A stretch of DNA of 64,000 nt, from positions 2,272,001 to 2,336,000 of the forward strand of contig JASGJH010000001.1 of the NCBI GenBank assembly GCA_047601445.1, read 5' to 3'. Of the stretch, positions 39,611 through 49,693 are shown in pieces; positions within the stretch are counted from its first letter, which is position 1; each line of letters opens with the position of its first letter. Below the pieces are notes generated by a model that did no database searches, had not been told where the DNA came from, and saw only the letters and a list, made by a program, of their open reading frames with translations. The stretch is from Myxococcales bacterium. Lineage in GTDB: Bacteria; Myxococcota_A; Polyangia; Polyangiales; DASUME01. The translations under genes were made by a program, and so were the position numbers.

Positions 39611-41914
39611 ATGAAGCCCGCGCTGCTATTCGTGATCCTGAGCGTCCTCTCAGTGGCCTCCGTGGCCCACGGGCAGGTGCTGCAGGCCCCCATCGCAGGA
39701 CGCCCCATTCCGCTGGGCAATGCGGGCGTGGCGTGCGCGGCAGCGACGGGTGGCTGGAGCACGGAGCCGGGTTCGCGCATGGTGCGCCCGCCCGTGGATC
39801 CTCAGAGCGTCGGCACCTCGGTGGATCTCAAGGTCGCGGCCACGCTCGCCAGGTGCCCCACGAGCACGGCGCTGGTCACGTTGGTGGCGACCGCGCGCTG
39901 GCCGAGCTTCGAGACCTCCAACGTATGGTTCTACCCGGACGAGGGCCGCCTCGACGCGGAAGGACACGGTCTACTCGGTGTCTCGATTCGGCTGCGCGGC
40001 GCGGACCCAGGCTTGCCCGGCGACGCCTGTCGCGTGGTGACGCCCAGCGAGCGGCTCGAACAATGCTCCTGGGCCGTCGGCCGCGATGCCGCCGCCGACC
40101 CCTCCGCCGTGGCCTTCACGTGGCTGCCTGGGGGCGCGCGTAGCGACCCCAACGCGGTCACCTTCGACGCCAGTGGACGACGCGCCGACGGCGAGGTGTT
40201 TTCGTTGTCGCCGGCACGCGTGACCATCGCGCGCGTGTTCCCGCAGGGTGCCACCGTGGACCTCGCCACGGGCGTAGGCGAAGTCCCGCTGGTGCATCCC
40301 GACGCGGTCGCCGCAGCGGAGTGTTCGCCCCTGCCCTGCGAGTTCGCCAACAAGACGCTCACCGTGCGCGGTGCCACGAACCTCGTGAGCGCGCTCGACG
40401 TGCGCGTGCGCCTGCGCCCTCACGTGTTCCTGCAACACAACGAGGCCGTCGAGAGCGTGACCAGCGCGCGCCTCTCCGTACTGCATTGCCCGATGTCCAT
40501 CGTGTCCGGCGCGCCCGTGCGCGACAACGACGACGCCAAGATGGTGGTGAAGGTCGAGGGGCGCTGCGCGCGCGACTTGAGCTCGCTGCGCTTCTTCCGC
40601 GACCAAACGCCGCTGAAGATCCTGCGCAGCGTGAACGACCAGGACGCCAGCTACGTGCTCCTGCGACTCGGCGACATCGACGACGACGTGGTGCGCATCA
40701 CCGCCTTCCGCGGTGACCGAGACGCCATTGCGCTGGCCGTGGCCCAGGCCGCCACGCGCGCCGCGCCCCAGGTGCGCGCCACCTTGGAGCTGCCCGGCTA
40801 CCCGAACCTCAGCTTCATCCCCAACAATCGTCCCGCCTTCGTGCACGCCTCCTCGGCGGGAGAACACCAGCGCTTCGCGATCCTGCCCATCGATGGCATC
40901 TACACGGTGAGTTACGACAGCCAGGGCCGCGCCTCCGTGCGCGCGAACCCCAACGCAGCGGGCCTGTCCGAGCTGCGCTTCGGCCTGCGCACCGAGGGCC
41001 TCCCTGCCGGCCTCGACGACGTGGACCTCGCGGTGGTGCGCGATCCCCTGCAGCGCGGCACGGCCGAGGCCAACATCCCTGCCCCCATCGACGTCGAGCC
41101 CTCCGTGCGCCCTCCGCTCATCGAGGTCCTGTGCGGCGGCGGTGCGATGCCGCTGCATAGCTTGATCCCCGGCGTCACGGCACACCTCTCCTTCGATCTA
41201 CGCGACACCTGCCGCGTGGTGTTCCATCGCGAGCGCCTGTCCAGCGAGTACGGCACCCAAAGTCTGAACTTCGAGATCGACGTGATCCGCTCGGACGGCA
41301 GCGTGCGCGGCGACTCCCACGTGTCCGAGGTCATCAGCTTCCGGGCCGGCAGCGAGCCTCGCTTCGCCTTCATCCGCGGCATCCGCGATCCCTTCGATCG
41401 CCTGCAAGTGCGCGTATCCCACGTGGCCGACGAAAACCACTACATTGGTGCATCGGAAGTGCGCACGGGCGCGCCCGCGGCCCAATGGTCTGCCGTCATG
41501 GGTACCGGTCGACTGCGTCTCTACGGCACCACGACCATCCCCACCGGCCTCTACCGCTTCGGAGACCCGAGCCACAGCGGCGTGCTGTCACTCAACTTCG
41601 GCGTGCTGTCGCGTCTCACGTGGCTCGACCAGGATGGCAAGGAAGGCTTCCTGGGCGCGGAGATGGGCCTCCTGGTGGCCGGCCTGGCGAATTCGCGCAG
41701 CGAGACAGGACAGTCGCTGCAGCAAGTGGGCGCGGTGATCGGCCTGGGTGTGAGCGTTCCCATCGCGAACCGCTCGGCCGTGACGCAGGCTTCCATCAAC
41801 GTGCACGCCTGGTTCGAGACCGACCTTTCGCGCAACGTGGATACTGCCTCGGAGCGCTTCGCGTTCGTGTTCGGACCCAGTATCACTATCGGCAATGTGG
41901 GCGCGAATCTGTAA
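39611..41914 (+). CDS. Large hypothetical secreted protein
   Basis: Signal peptide ending AHG-Q; beta-rich with several Cys; C-terminal segments resemble amphipathic beta strands. Confidence 0.7.
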   Translation: MKPALLFVILSVLSVASVAHGQVLQAPIAGRPIPLGNAGVACAAATGGWSTEPGSRMVRPPVDPQSVGTSVDLKVAATLARCPTSTALVTLVATARWPSFETSNVWFYPDEGRLDAEGHGLLGVSIRLRGADPGLPGDACRVVTPSERLEQCSWAVGRDAAADPSAVAFTWLPGGARSDPNAVTFDASGRRADGEVFSLSPARVTIARVFPQGATVDLATGVGEVPLVHPDAVAAAECSPLPCEFANKTLTVRGATNLVSALDVRVRLRPHVFLQHNEAVESVTSARLSVLHCPMSIVSGAPVRDNDDAKMVVKVEGRCARDLSSLRFFRDQTPLKILRSVNDQDASYVLLRLGDIDDDVVRITAFRGDRDAIALAVAQAATRAAPQVRATLELPGYPNLSFIPNNRPAFVHASSAGEHQRFAILPIDGIYTVSYDSQGRASVRANPNAAGLSELRFGLRTEGLPAGLDDVDLAVVRDPLQRGTAEANIPAPIDVEPSVRPPLIEVLCGGGAMPLHSLIPGVTAHLSFDLRDTCRVVFHRERLSSEYGTQSLNFEIDVIRSDGSVRGDSHVSEVISFRAGSEPRFAFIRGIRDPFDRLQVRVSHVADENHYIGASEVRTGAPAAQWSAVMGTGRLRLYGTTTIPTGLYRFGDPSHSGVLSLNFGVLSRLTWLDQDGKEGFLGAEMGLLVAGLANSRSETGQSLQQVGAVIGLGVSVPIANRSAVTQASINVHAWFETDLSRNVDTASERFAFVFGPSITIGNVGANL

Positions 41915-41922
41915 GGGGGAGC

Positions 41923-43008
41923 ATGAAGATCTTCAAATGCTCTGCTTGCGGACAAACGCTGTTCTTCGAGAACGTCGTGTGCACCAAGTGCGGCCACACG
42001 CTGGCGTACCTGCCTGACCGACGCGTAGTGTCCGCGCTGGAGCTGGTGGAAGACGAAGACGCTCCGCAGCACTATCGCGCCTTGCTCGAGGGCGACGAAG
42101 AGCGCCTGTACCGCCTGTGTGAGAACAGCACCCAGTACGGCGTCTGCAACTGGGCCATCGAAGCCGGCGACGAGCACGCCCTGTGCCGCGCCTGCCGCCT
42201 CAACAGCATCATCCCCAACCTCTCGGAGCCCGCCGCCAAAGACGCCTGGATGCGGCTCGAGCGCGAGAAGCGTCACTTGCTGTACAGCCTCGATGAGCTG
42301 GGCCTGCTCGGCACGCCCGACGACGAGCAGGACGCTGAGTCCGCGCCGCGCCTGAGCTTCTCGTTCATGGGTGACGACCCGACGCAGCACATCGTCACGG
42401 GTCACCAGGCGGGTCACATCACCATCAACATCGCCGAGGCCGACGATGCCGCCCGCGAGCGCATCCGCAAGGAGCTCGGGGAGCCCTACCGCACGGTGCT
42501 CGGACATTTTCGCCACGAGAGCGGCCACTACTACTGGGAGAGGCTCATCAAGGACAGCGACCTGCACGAGCCCTTCCGCGCCATGTTCGGCGACGAGACG
42601 CTCGACTACGCTGCGGCCTCCCGGAACTACTACGCACAGGGCGCACCGTCAGACTGGTGGTCGTCGTTCGTGAGCGCCTACGCGTCGATGCACCCGTGGG
42701 AAGATTGGGCCGAGACCTGGGCCCACTACCTCCACATGGTGGACACGCTCGAGACGGCGCGCAGCTTCGGTTTGGTGATACGGCCTCAGCCCGTGGGAGG
42801 CACACCCGCGCGCCCGCTCGCAGCCCGCTCGGTGCAGTTCGAAGCCTTCGATCAGCTGATCAAGGCCTGGGTCGGACTCACGGTAGCCCTCAACACCCTC
42901 AACCGCAGCATGGGCCTACCCGACGTGTATCCGTTCGTGCTCAGCGAGCGAGCTATCGAGAAGCTGCGCTTCGTGCACGACACCATCGAGCGCCGCGTAC
43001 GGGCCTGA
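41923..43008 (+). CDS. Zinc-ribbon + putative zinc-binding metallopeptidase (DUF2248-like)
   Basis: CSACGQTLFFEN..CTKCG, CNW, CRAC, TVLGHFRHESGHYYW and YASMHPWEDWAETWAHYLH. GGGGGAG RBS precedes ATG 41923. Confidence 0.9.
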   Translation: MKIFKCSACGQTLFFENVVCTKCGHTLAYLPDRRVVSALELVEDEDAPQHYRALLEGDEERLYRLCENSTQYGVCNWAIEAGDEHALCRACRLNSIIPNLSEPAAKDAWMRLEREKRHLLYSLDELGLLGTPDDEQDAESAPRLSFSFMGDDPTQHIVTGHQAGHITINIAEADDAARERIRKELGEPYRTVLGHFRHESGHYYWERLIKDSDLHEPFRAMFGDETLDYAAASRNYYAQGAPSDWWSSFVSAYASMHPWEDWAETWAHYLHMVDTLETARSFGLVIRPQPVGGTPARPLAARSVQFEAFDQLIKAWVGLTVALNTLNRSMGLPDVYPFVLSERAIEKLRFVHDTIERRVRA

Positions 43009-43095
43009 CCCAGAACCCGCCTGACCGATCATCGGGCGGTCTTGCGATCTCAGGCAGCGAGCAACGCCTCGCGCCAAAGCGTGGACTCCGGTTGC

Positions 43096-44188
43096 TCAGT
43101 AGGCGGCGTTGCGCACGTCGGCGCAATCGGCGTCGTCGTCGAGCCGCACCACCGTCCAGTTCGTGCTCTCGACGGTCCACTTGGGCAGGTTCTCGTCGAG
43201 GAACGTGGCCTGGCTGGTGCTGAACGTGTCGTTGCTACCGCACACGTCGCCCGAGTCCTGGATGCAGCTGGCGGCGCGCGTCTGCACCAAGGTGCCGGGC
43301 CCCTTGCCCTCGAAGCGATCACAGGTGTCGAGCGTGCCATCGAACATGGACGTGACGCGAATGCCGAGCATCAGCTGGCGCGCGCGCACGACGGTCGGAA
43401 ACACGGCCACGGGCGGCCAGCTGTAGGGCGCGCTGTTGACCGCATCCACGGTGAGTCCCGGGGATCCGTCGTCGTCGTGGTCCGGGTAGGTGAGCTGCGT
43501 GTCCTTGCGACTCTCGGGCCAGGTGCCCGTCGGGTCCGGCAGATCCACCCCCAGCAGCGCGTGGAGCATGTCGCTCTTCAAGGCGCAGCCGGGTTCGAGA
43601 CAATCGACCTCGATGGGCAGCTCCCACTCCGGCATCGTGTCTGCGTCCCAGAGCTCCTCGGGGAAGCGCACGGCGTAGAGCTCTCCCATGGTGCTCGACG
43701 AGAAGTCGGGCGTCTCCGTGGAGCAGGCACGAACGTGCCCGCGGTAACCCGCGCCATTGCGCTCGACCACGAGGCGCGTAGTGATGCGCAACTTGCCGCG
43801 GCCCGGATTCGAGCACGGGCACCACGATGATGCTGGTGCCCTTCCAGCTGACGTCGATGTCTGCCTGCATGCCGTAGGTACCCGTGACGTCGCAGCGGCC
43901 ATCGTCGGGTGCGCCATCCCCCTTGGAGTCGCCATCGCCGGCGTCCGGCGCAGTCTCCTCGTCGTCACCGTCCCCCCGCGTACCGTCTCCATCTCCATCG
44001 CCGTCGCCACCAGCCGAGCTCGTGGTCAGGCCGAGTCCTCCGGTTACGGCATTGCAGCCGGCCAGGACTGCACACACGAGCAGCGCGGAGCGACGAGGCA
44101 ACGCAATGCACCGACGAGAAGCTATGGCAGTCAAGATTGGTGTCACTCGAGGCAACCTATCGGAAACTACAAGTAGTGAATGCGCCAC
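43096..44188 (-). pseudogene. Lipoprotein gene split by a one-base frameshift near 43805-43811 (pseudogene or sequencing error); start uncertain
   Basis: Frame A carries lipobox LAGC, a (GD)n linker and CDVTGTYG...SIIVVPVL. Frame B continues NPGRGKLRITTRL...DHDDDGSPGLT...CADVRNAAY. Confidence 0.75.
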
Positions 44189-44299
44189 CCCGAATCAACA
44201 CGCAACGCGGAGCCTGCGAGGTAGGTCGCGCGTTTGTTGGGGGTTACCAGGGGTAAAATGTGCTCGATGGGACCAAATGTGTGTGCGAGCATACGTCTC

Positions 44300-45064
44300 A
44301 TGAGATCCCTTGACTTGAGCTCCTACTTCGTTCGCTCGCGCGCCCGAAGCCGCGCGTCGACCCTCTTGAGCGTGCTGTGCCTCGTCGTGCTCTCGTCGTC
44401 AGCGGCCCACGCCGGCGGCCGTGGCCAGTGGCAGTGGCTCGAGGAGAAGCGCGGCATTCAGTTGTGGGCGCTCGAGGTCCCGGGCCAGTCCCTGCCGGGC
44501 TTCCGGGGGAACACGAAGATCAAGGGTTCCATCGCCCAGATCGCGAGCGAAATGCTCGATGCCCCGCATCACACGGAGTGGATGCACCGCTGCGCCGAGT
44601 CATGGGTCTACCAGCGAACCAGCGAGACCCGCGGCGTGCTCTACAACCGCACTTCGTCCGCCCCATGGCCCGTGTGGGATCGGGACGTGGTGCTCGACGT
44701 TCAGTTCGACTACGCGCCCGATCAGAAGGCGCTCACGGTCCGCTTCAAGAACCTGGACAACCTGCTGCGGCCCGTGCCCGAGCGCGTGGTGCGCATGCCC
44801 AAGCTGGCGGGCTTCTACAAGATGGTGCAGGTGGAGCCCAACCTCACCAATGTGACCTACCAGGTCGAGGTGGACGTCGGCGGCAGCATCCCGGACTGGA
44901 TCGCCGAAGAAGTCGCGAAGGATCTGCCCTACTACACCCTGCTGAGTCTGCGTGAACGCGTGGAGGGCATCGCCGAAGAGGTCCCTGCGCTGCCGGTGGT
45001 GCCCGCGGTCGCCGTGGAGCTGCCGCCGAAGCACGCGCAGGACTTGCAGGCAGCTAACAACTGA
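44300..45064 (+). CDS. Secreted START/SRPBCC-domain lipid-binding protein
   Basis: WQWLEEKRGIQLW, EWMHRC, APWPVWDRDVV and VTYQVEVDVGGSIPDWIA. Confidence 0.85.
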   Translation: MRSLDLSSYFVRSRARSRASTLLSVLCLVVLSSSAAHAGGRGQWQWLEEKRGIQLWALEVPGQSLPGFRGNTKIKGSIAQIASEMLDAPHHTEWMHRCAESWVYQRTSETRGVLYNRTSSAPWPVWDRDVVLDVQFDYAPDQKALTVRFKNLDNLLRPVPERVVRMPKLAGFYKMVQVEPNLTNVTYQVEVDVGGSIPDWIAEEVAKDLPYYTLLSLRERVEGIAEEVPALPVVPAVAVELPPKHAQDLQAANN

Positions 45065-45116
45065 GCGCGCTGGGGACAGCGCGACCGCGGCCTGTCGAGG
45101 CTCCGCGCAAAGGCGC

Positions 45117-46685
45117 TCAGCGCGAGAGCTGGATGTCGAGCGGTGCGGCGGCGGGCGCGGGCTGCGGGGTCGTCGAGCTCGGACGTGCGACGGGTCGAGC
45201 AGGCTTGCGACGACGGGCGGCTGGACGTTCGGACGTGACGTCGTCGGGGGCCGCGGCGGGCGCGTTCGTCGGTGGCTCAGCGACGGGTAGCGCGGGCGCA
45301 GGCGCGGCCACAGGCGCCGCGGGGACGGGCGCGCTGGCCGCAGCGGGAGCGGGAGCTTGCGGCGCCGCGGCGGACGCGCTCGGGGATTCGCTCTTGGGAG
45401 CAGGCTGCGCGATGGGCGCTGTGCCCTGACCGAACTCTAGCCACGCGATCAGCGCACCCAGCCCGATGACGAGGGCCAAGGCCCCCCACAGCCAACGCTC
45501 GCGTGCGGCGGGCTTGGACTCGGTGCGCTGGGTGCTCTCGTTGGACTGGAGCGCCTGCCCCATCTCCTTGCGGATGCGCACGCCCGAGCTGGTGTCACGG
45601 GGCACCGTGGCCTTGGCCCGATCGAAGGCCTCCACGGGCATCGTGTTGGCCGACAGGCGCTCGTGCAGCAAAGCATCCTTCTGCGAGAGCGAGCTCTGGG
45701 GCACCGCGTTGTCGTGGAAGTCGCGCTCGTAGGTAAAGCGCGTGCGCTCGCTGGCAAAGGGCAACAGGGCGCGTCCGAACGCGGCCATCGACTCGAAGCG
45801 CTCCCAGGGATTGCGCGCCATCGCGCGGTGGACGATGGCCTCGAGCTCCGCGGGCACTTCGGGCGCGGCGCTGCGCAGGGGCTTGAAGTGCCCCTGATCG
45901 ATCAAGTGCATCAGCTCGAGCAACGACTCCGCGTCATAGGGACGCGCGCCGCTCAAGCTCTGGTAGAGCAGAATGCCCAGCGCGTACTGATCGGTGCGGC
46001 CATCGAGGGTCGCTGCACCCCGCGCCTGCTCCGGGGACATGTAGTGGGGGGTGCCGGTGACTGTGTGCAAGGGCGGCGCGTTGGAGCCGAGTGCACCAAG
46101 GTCCTTGGAGACACCGAAGTCGACCAGCTTGGGCACGACCTCGCCGTGGTTATCGCGCGCCAGGAAGATGTTCTCTGGCTTGATGTCGCGATGGACGATG
46201 CCCAGACGGTGGACGGCGCACAGCCCGGAAGCGATAGGCACCACGATATCCGCGACCACGGCAGGCTCGAGGCTTCCGCGGTCGAGCAGGCTCGCCACGT
46301 CTTCACCCTCGAGGAACTCCATCACCAGGTACGGCATGCCGCGTTCGACACCCACATCTGTGATATCCACCACGTTCGGATGTCGGATGCGGGCCACCGT
46401 CTCGGCTTCACGCAGGAAGCGGTCACGGGCGGCCTCGGCGCGGCTCAGGTTGGCGTGCAGGGCCTTGAGCGCGACCCGCTTCTTGAGCAGCGTGTGAGTC
46501 GCCTCAAAGACCGCGCCCATGCCGCCAACACCGATACAACGCGTAATTTCGTAGCGCGCAAAGGTGCTGCCCGGCGCCAGCGGGATGTGGGTGCCGGTGG
46601 TATCCACGTCGTGCGCGCGCGAGTCGGCCGCGCCGTCGTTCGACGTGGCGGGAGCTCTGCGGTGTTGGGCGCTTTCCTGAGTCAT
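45117..46685 (-). CDS. Membrane-anchored Hanks-type Ser/Thr protein kinase (alternative start GTG 46706)
   Basis: IGVGGMGAVF, VALK, HRDIKPEN, DFG and GTPHYMSPEQ; TM WLWGALALVIGLGALIAW; Pro/Ala-rich tail. Confidence 0.95.
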   Translation of the reverse strand: MTQESAQHRRAPATSNDGAADSRAHDVDTTGTHIPLAPGSTFARYEITRCIGVGGMGAVFEATHTLLKKRVALKALHANLSRAEAARDRFLREAETVARIRHPNVVDITDVGVERGMPYLVMEFLEGEDVASLLDRGSLEPAVVADIVVPIASGLCAVHRLGIVHRDIKPENIFLARDNHGEVVPKLVDFGVSKDLGALGSNAPPLHTVTGTPHYMSPEQARGAATLDGRTDQYALGILLYQSLSGARPYDAESLLELMHLIDQGHFKPLRSAAPEVPAELEAIVHRAMARNPWERFESMAAFGRALLPFASERTRFTYERDFHDNAVPQSSLSQKDALLHERLSANTMPVEAFDRAKATVPRDTSSGVRIRKEMGQALQSNESTQRTESKPAARERWLWGALALVIGLGALIAWLEFGQGTAPIAQPAPKSESPSASAAAPQAPAPAAASAPVPAAPVAAPAPALPVAEPPTNAPAAAPDDVTSERPAARRRKPARPVARPSSTTPQPAPAAAPLDIQLSR

Positions 46686-46769
46686 GCCATCGGTGCGCGG
46701 AGGCACTCGTTACGAATGTTGCTCCGTCTTACTGAAGAAATCCAGGCCCGCAGGCGCACATGCGCCAGC

Positions 46770-49688
46770 TCAAATTCGTAGGCTCAAGCTAGCCAACAGG
46801 CTGCGACCCGGTTGAGGCATGGTGGTCGTCACGAAGGTGGGATCGGTCGGTAAAGCCAGTCGCCAATCGAACAAATTGTAGAGGCCGAGCGCGTACTCGA
46901 GGCCATAGCGCGGCGCTTCTCCGCTCAAGACCAGATCCGAGATGACCGCCGGATCGGTGAAACGATCGACGTGATCCGGGAGCCGGCGTGGCGCTTCCAA
47001 GGTAGTGCGAAGCGCTACACGAAAGCCTCCACCCAGGGGAGCGACGCCGCGCACGGAGGCGGCATGGGCCGGCACGTTCGCCACCGAGCCTCCGCCGTTG
47101 GTGTAACGCGCGAATAGGTAGGTGTAGTTAGCCGCGAACATCCAGCCGGCCGCGAACTCACGGCGCACTTCCATGTCGCCACCCAGCGCATAGAGGGCGT
47201 TCGTGCGGTTCTTGTAGCGCACGACGTCGCCCTCGTCGTCGGCCTCGGGCGCGATCGCGGTCTGCTCGATCAAGGCTTCGGCGTACTGAGCATGACCGGC
47301 GGTGATCAGGGACCAACCATCGACGAAGCGGTGCGCGTACTCGAGCTCGCCGGACCACACCAATTCGGGCATCAGCTTGTAGCCGCGATAGTTGCTGGGA
47401 ACCTGGGTCACGCCGCCGTCGTTGTACTTGAGCTCGTAGATGCTCGGCGCGCGGAAGGCCCGGCCTCCCATCAGCTTGAGGTTATCGCGCTCGCTCAACC
47501 TGAATAGCAGCGCCAGACGGGGATTCACCGTGGCGCCGAAGGTGCTCCAGCTATCCACGCGTCCGCCTGCCGAGGCGGTCAACCAGCGCGCGACGTGCCA
47601 CTCGGCCAGCACGTACCCTGCGTACAACTGGTAGGGCGTGTTGACCTTCAAATAGCTCTCGCGCGCGCCGTTCACGATGGACGTGCCGCGCAGCGACGCG
47701 CTGGTGCTCGCCGAGACTTCGGCGCCGAACGCCAGCTTCAACTGTGGCGTGAGCTCCGCCGCAAGGCGCGCCTCGGCGCCGAACCAGCGGCCCACGTAGC
47801 GTTCGTCCGCCACGAAGGTGCCGGGGTCAGGATCGTTCGGATAGACCTGCTTGGACCGGTAATCATAGGTGTTGCCGTAGGCGCGCGTGAACAGCTGCAG
47901 ACGCCGGCCGATGCGCGGCTCGAAGCGCACCTCGAGCATGCCGCGCGTGTCCTGCAGATCATTCGGTTTGGCACCGACCACGGCGCCGTAGGCTCCATTG
48001 GGCAAGAACTGCTTACGCGTGGTGAGCAAGCCCTGGAACGTGAACGCGCCGTAGGTCATGCGGGCATTGCCAGTAGCCGCATCGAACGCGCGCAGGCCGC
48101 TGATGGCGGTGGGCAACGGTTGGGTGGGCAAGATGGCATCTTCACCGCCGCCTCGCGCCGCGGACGCCGACAAGCGGAGCCCGCCCTTCGTACCGAACGG
48201 CACGGCTCCCGCCACACGACCGCGAGCGGTGCTCTTGTCCTGCGCCGCTACCTGCAACTCGGCCCCAGGACGCTCGGGCCTGCCGCGCGGGATGAGGTTC
48301 ACCACGCCGCTCACGGCGCCCGTGCCGTACAGCACGGAGCCCGGACCGCGCACCAACTCGATGCCCGCCACGTCTCCCAGGTCGACGCGACCGTCGTAGC
48401 CCACGAAGGACTGCCAGAGGATGTTGTCGTTGAGGGTGGCGCCGTCGGACAGCACCAACATGCGGTTGCCGTAGTCGCCGGGCTGGCCGAGACCACGCAG
48501 CGCGATGCCGGCATACACGCCGTCGTTCGACAGGGTGACGCCGCGCTGACCGCGCAGAGCCTCGTAGATGGTGGGATAGCGAAAGGCCGCGAGCTCCTGC
48601 TGCGAGATCACCGAGACCGACGCGGGCGCCTCGTCGATGGATTGGGTGGAGCGCGCGGCGGCCGTGACCTTCCGGCTCGGACTGAGCGCGACCTCCTTCA
48701 GCTCGGCGGGCACCCCCTGCTGCACGAACACGTGGTGCTCGGCGGGCTCGAAGCCAGGAGCCGACACCCGAACGACGCGCTCACCGACCGCAATGTTGCG
48801 TACCACGCTCGGAGTGAAGCCTACGGATACCCCATCGATCTGGATCAGGGCCTCGCGCTCCACGGAGGTGACCAGCACCGACCCCGTGAGCGGACTGGCC
48901 TCGACGTGGACCTGGGAGCTCTGGTTGGCGCGCACGTGCACTTGAGCCGGCGGCGTCTGATAGCCCTCGCGCCGGAAGTGCAACATATGCGTCCCAGGCG
49001 GCAGCTGCAGCGCGCAGGGAGTCGTGCAGGCCGGTGGTCCCTCGACCGTCTCGCTCCACACCTGGGTGGGTGCCTCGGCGCGAACCTCCACGGCGCCCAC
49101 GATGCGCTTGAGCTGAAAACCGAGCTGCATGCGTGACCCGCGTTCCAAGCTCAGCTCCTCGGACTGGGCCGCTTCATAGCCCGCGAGCTCGACCAAGATG
49201 CGGTGCTTGCCGGGCGGCAACGCGAGGCGTGCCGGCGACACCGCCACGCTGCCGAGGTTGCGCCGATCCATGAACACCGTGGCGCCCGCGGGATCCGTCG
49301 TGAGTTCCACCACGGCCACCTCGCGCTCGATGGCGGCCAAGGTCTCCTGCAGTTGCGCGCGCAGCGTGGGCTCGATGTCGCCCTCCAGGGCTGCCTCGCA
49401 CCAGCGATAGGCTTCCGGATACTGCCCGAGACGCTGGAACGCACGCGCCACGTTGAAGCGCACGTAGTGGTTCGGCGCGAGCCGGTTGGACGCCAGGAAA
49501 TAGGCCAGCGCCCCGCGGTAATCGCCCGCCTGATAGCGCTCGGCGCCCAGACGGAAGTTCACTTCAGCCTCGTCGGCTACGCCATCCGCGCGCGCTGCCC
49601 GCGGCGACGGACACCACAGCAACGCGAGCGCCAACGCGAATCGTATCCACGGTGCGCCCCCGAGCGCACGTCCCCAAGTACGCACCAT
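46770..49688 (-). CDS. TonB-dependent receptor with N-terminal TPR and three PEGA-like domains
   Basis: Signal peptide; TPR (FRLGAERYQAGDYRGALAYF...FNVARAFQRLG); PEGA (TDPAGATVFMD...PGKHRI, PPGTHML...EGY, IQIDG...PGF); plug (APASVSVIS, IELVRGPGSVLYG); barrel (GRAFRAPSIYEL, NLFD, PGRS). Confidence 0.9.
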   Translation of the reverse strand: MVRTWGRALGGAPWIRFALALALLWCPSPRAARADGVADEAEVNFRLGAERYQAGDYRGALAYFLASNRLAPNHYVRFNVARAFQRLGQYPEAYRWCEAALEGDIEPTLRAQLQETLAAIEREVAVVELTTDPAGATVFMDRRNLGSVAVSPARLALPPGKHRILVELAGYEAAQSEELSLERGSRMQLGFQLKRIVGAVEVRAEAPTQVWSETVEGPPACTTPCALQLPPGTHMLHFRREGYQTPPAQVHVRANQSSQVHVEASPLTGSVLVTSVEREALIQIDGVSVGFTPSVVRNIAVGERVVRVSAPGFEPAEHHVFVQQGVPAELKEVALSPSRKVTAAARSTQSIDEAPASVSVISQQELAAFRYPTIYEALRGQRGVTLSNDGVYAGIALRGLGQPGDYGNRMLVLSDGATLNDNILWQSFVGYDGRVDLGDVAGIELVRGPGSVLYGTGAVSGVVNLIPRGRPERPGAELQVAAQDKSTARGRVAGAVPFGTKGGLRLSASAARGGGEDAILPTQPLPTAISGLRAFDAATGNARMTYGAFTFQGLLTTRKQFLPNGAYGAVVGAKPNDLQDTRGMLEVRFEPRIGRRLQLFTRAYGNTYDYRSKQVYPNDPDPGTFVADERYVGRWFGAEARLAAELTPQLKLAFGAEVSASTSASLRGTSIVNGARESYLKVNTPYQLYAGYVLAEWHVARWLTASAGGRVDSWSTFGATVNPRLALLFRLSERDNLKLMGGRAFRAPSIYELKYNDGGVTQVPSNYRGYKLMPELVWSGELEYAHRFVDGWSLITAGHAQYAEALIEQTAIAPEADDEGDVVRYKNRTNALYALGGDMEVRREFAAGWMFAANYTYLFARYTNGGGSVANVPAHAASVRGVAPLGGGFRVALRTTLEAPRRLPDHVDRFTDPAVISDLVLSGEAPRYGLEYALGLYNLFDWRLALPTDPTFVTTTMPQPGRSLLASLSLRI

Positions 49689-49693
49689 GCAGA

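Noticed and set aside
41485..41922. N-terminal extension of the zinc peptidase ORF (likewise the extensions at 30064, 50866, 51396, 53647, 57412 and 59993)
   Set aside because: They overlap neighbouring genes or intergenic DNA; family-typical N-termini and better starts lie downstream.
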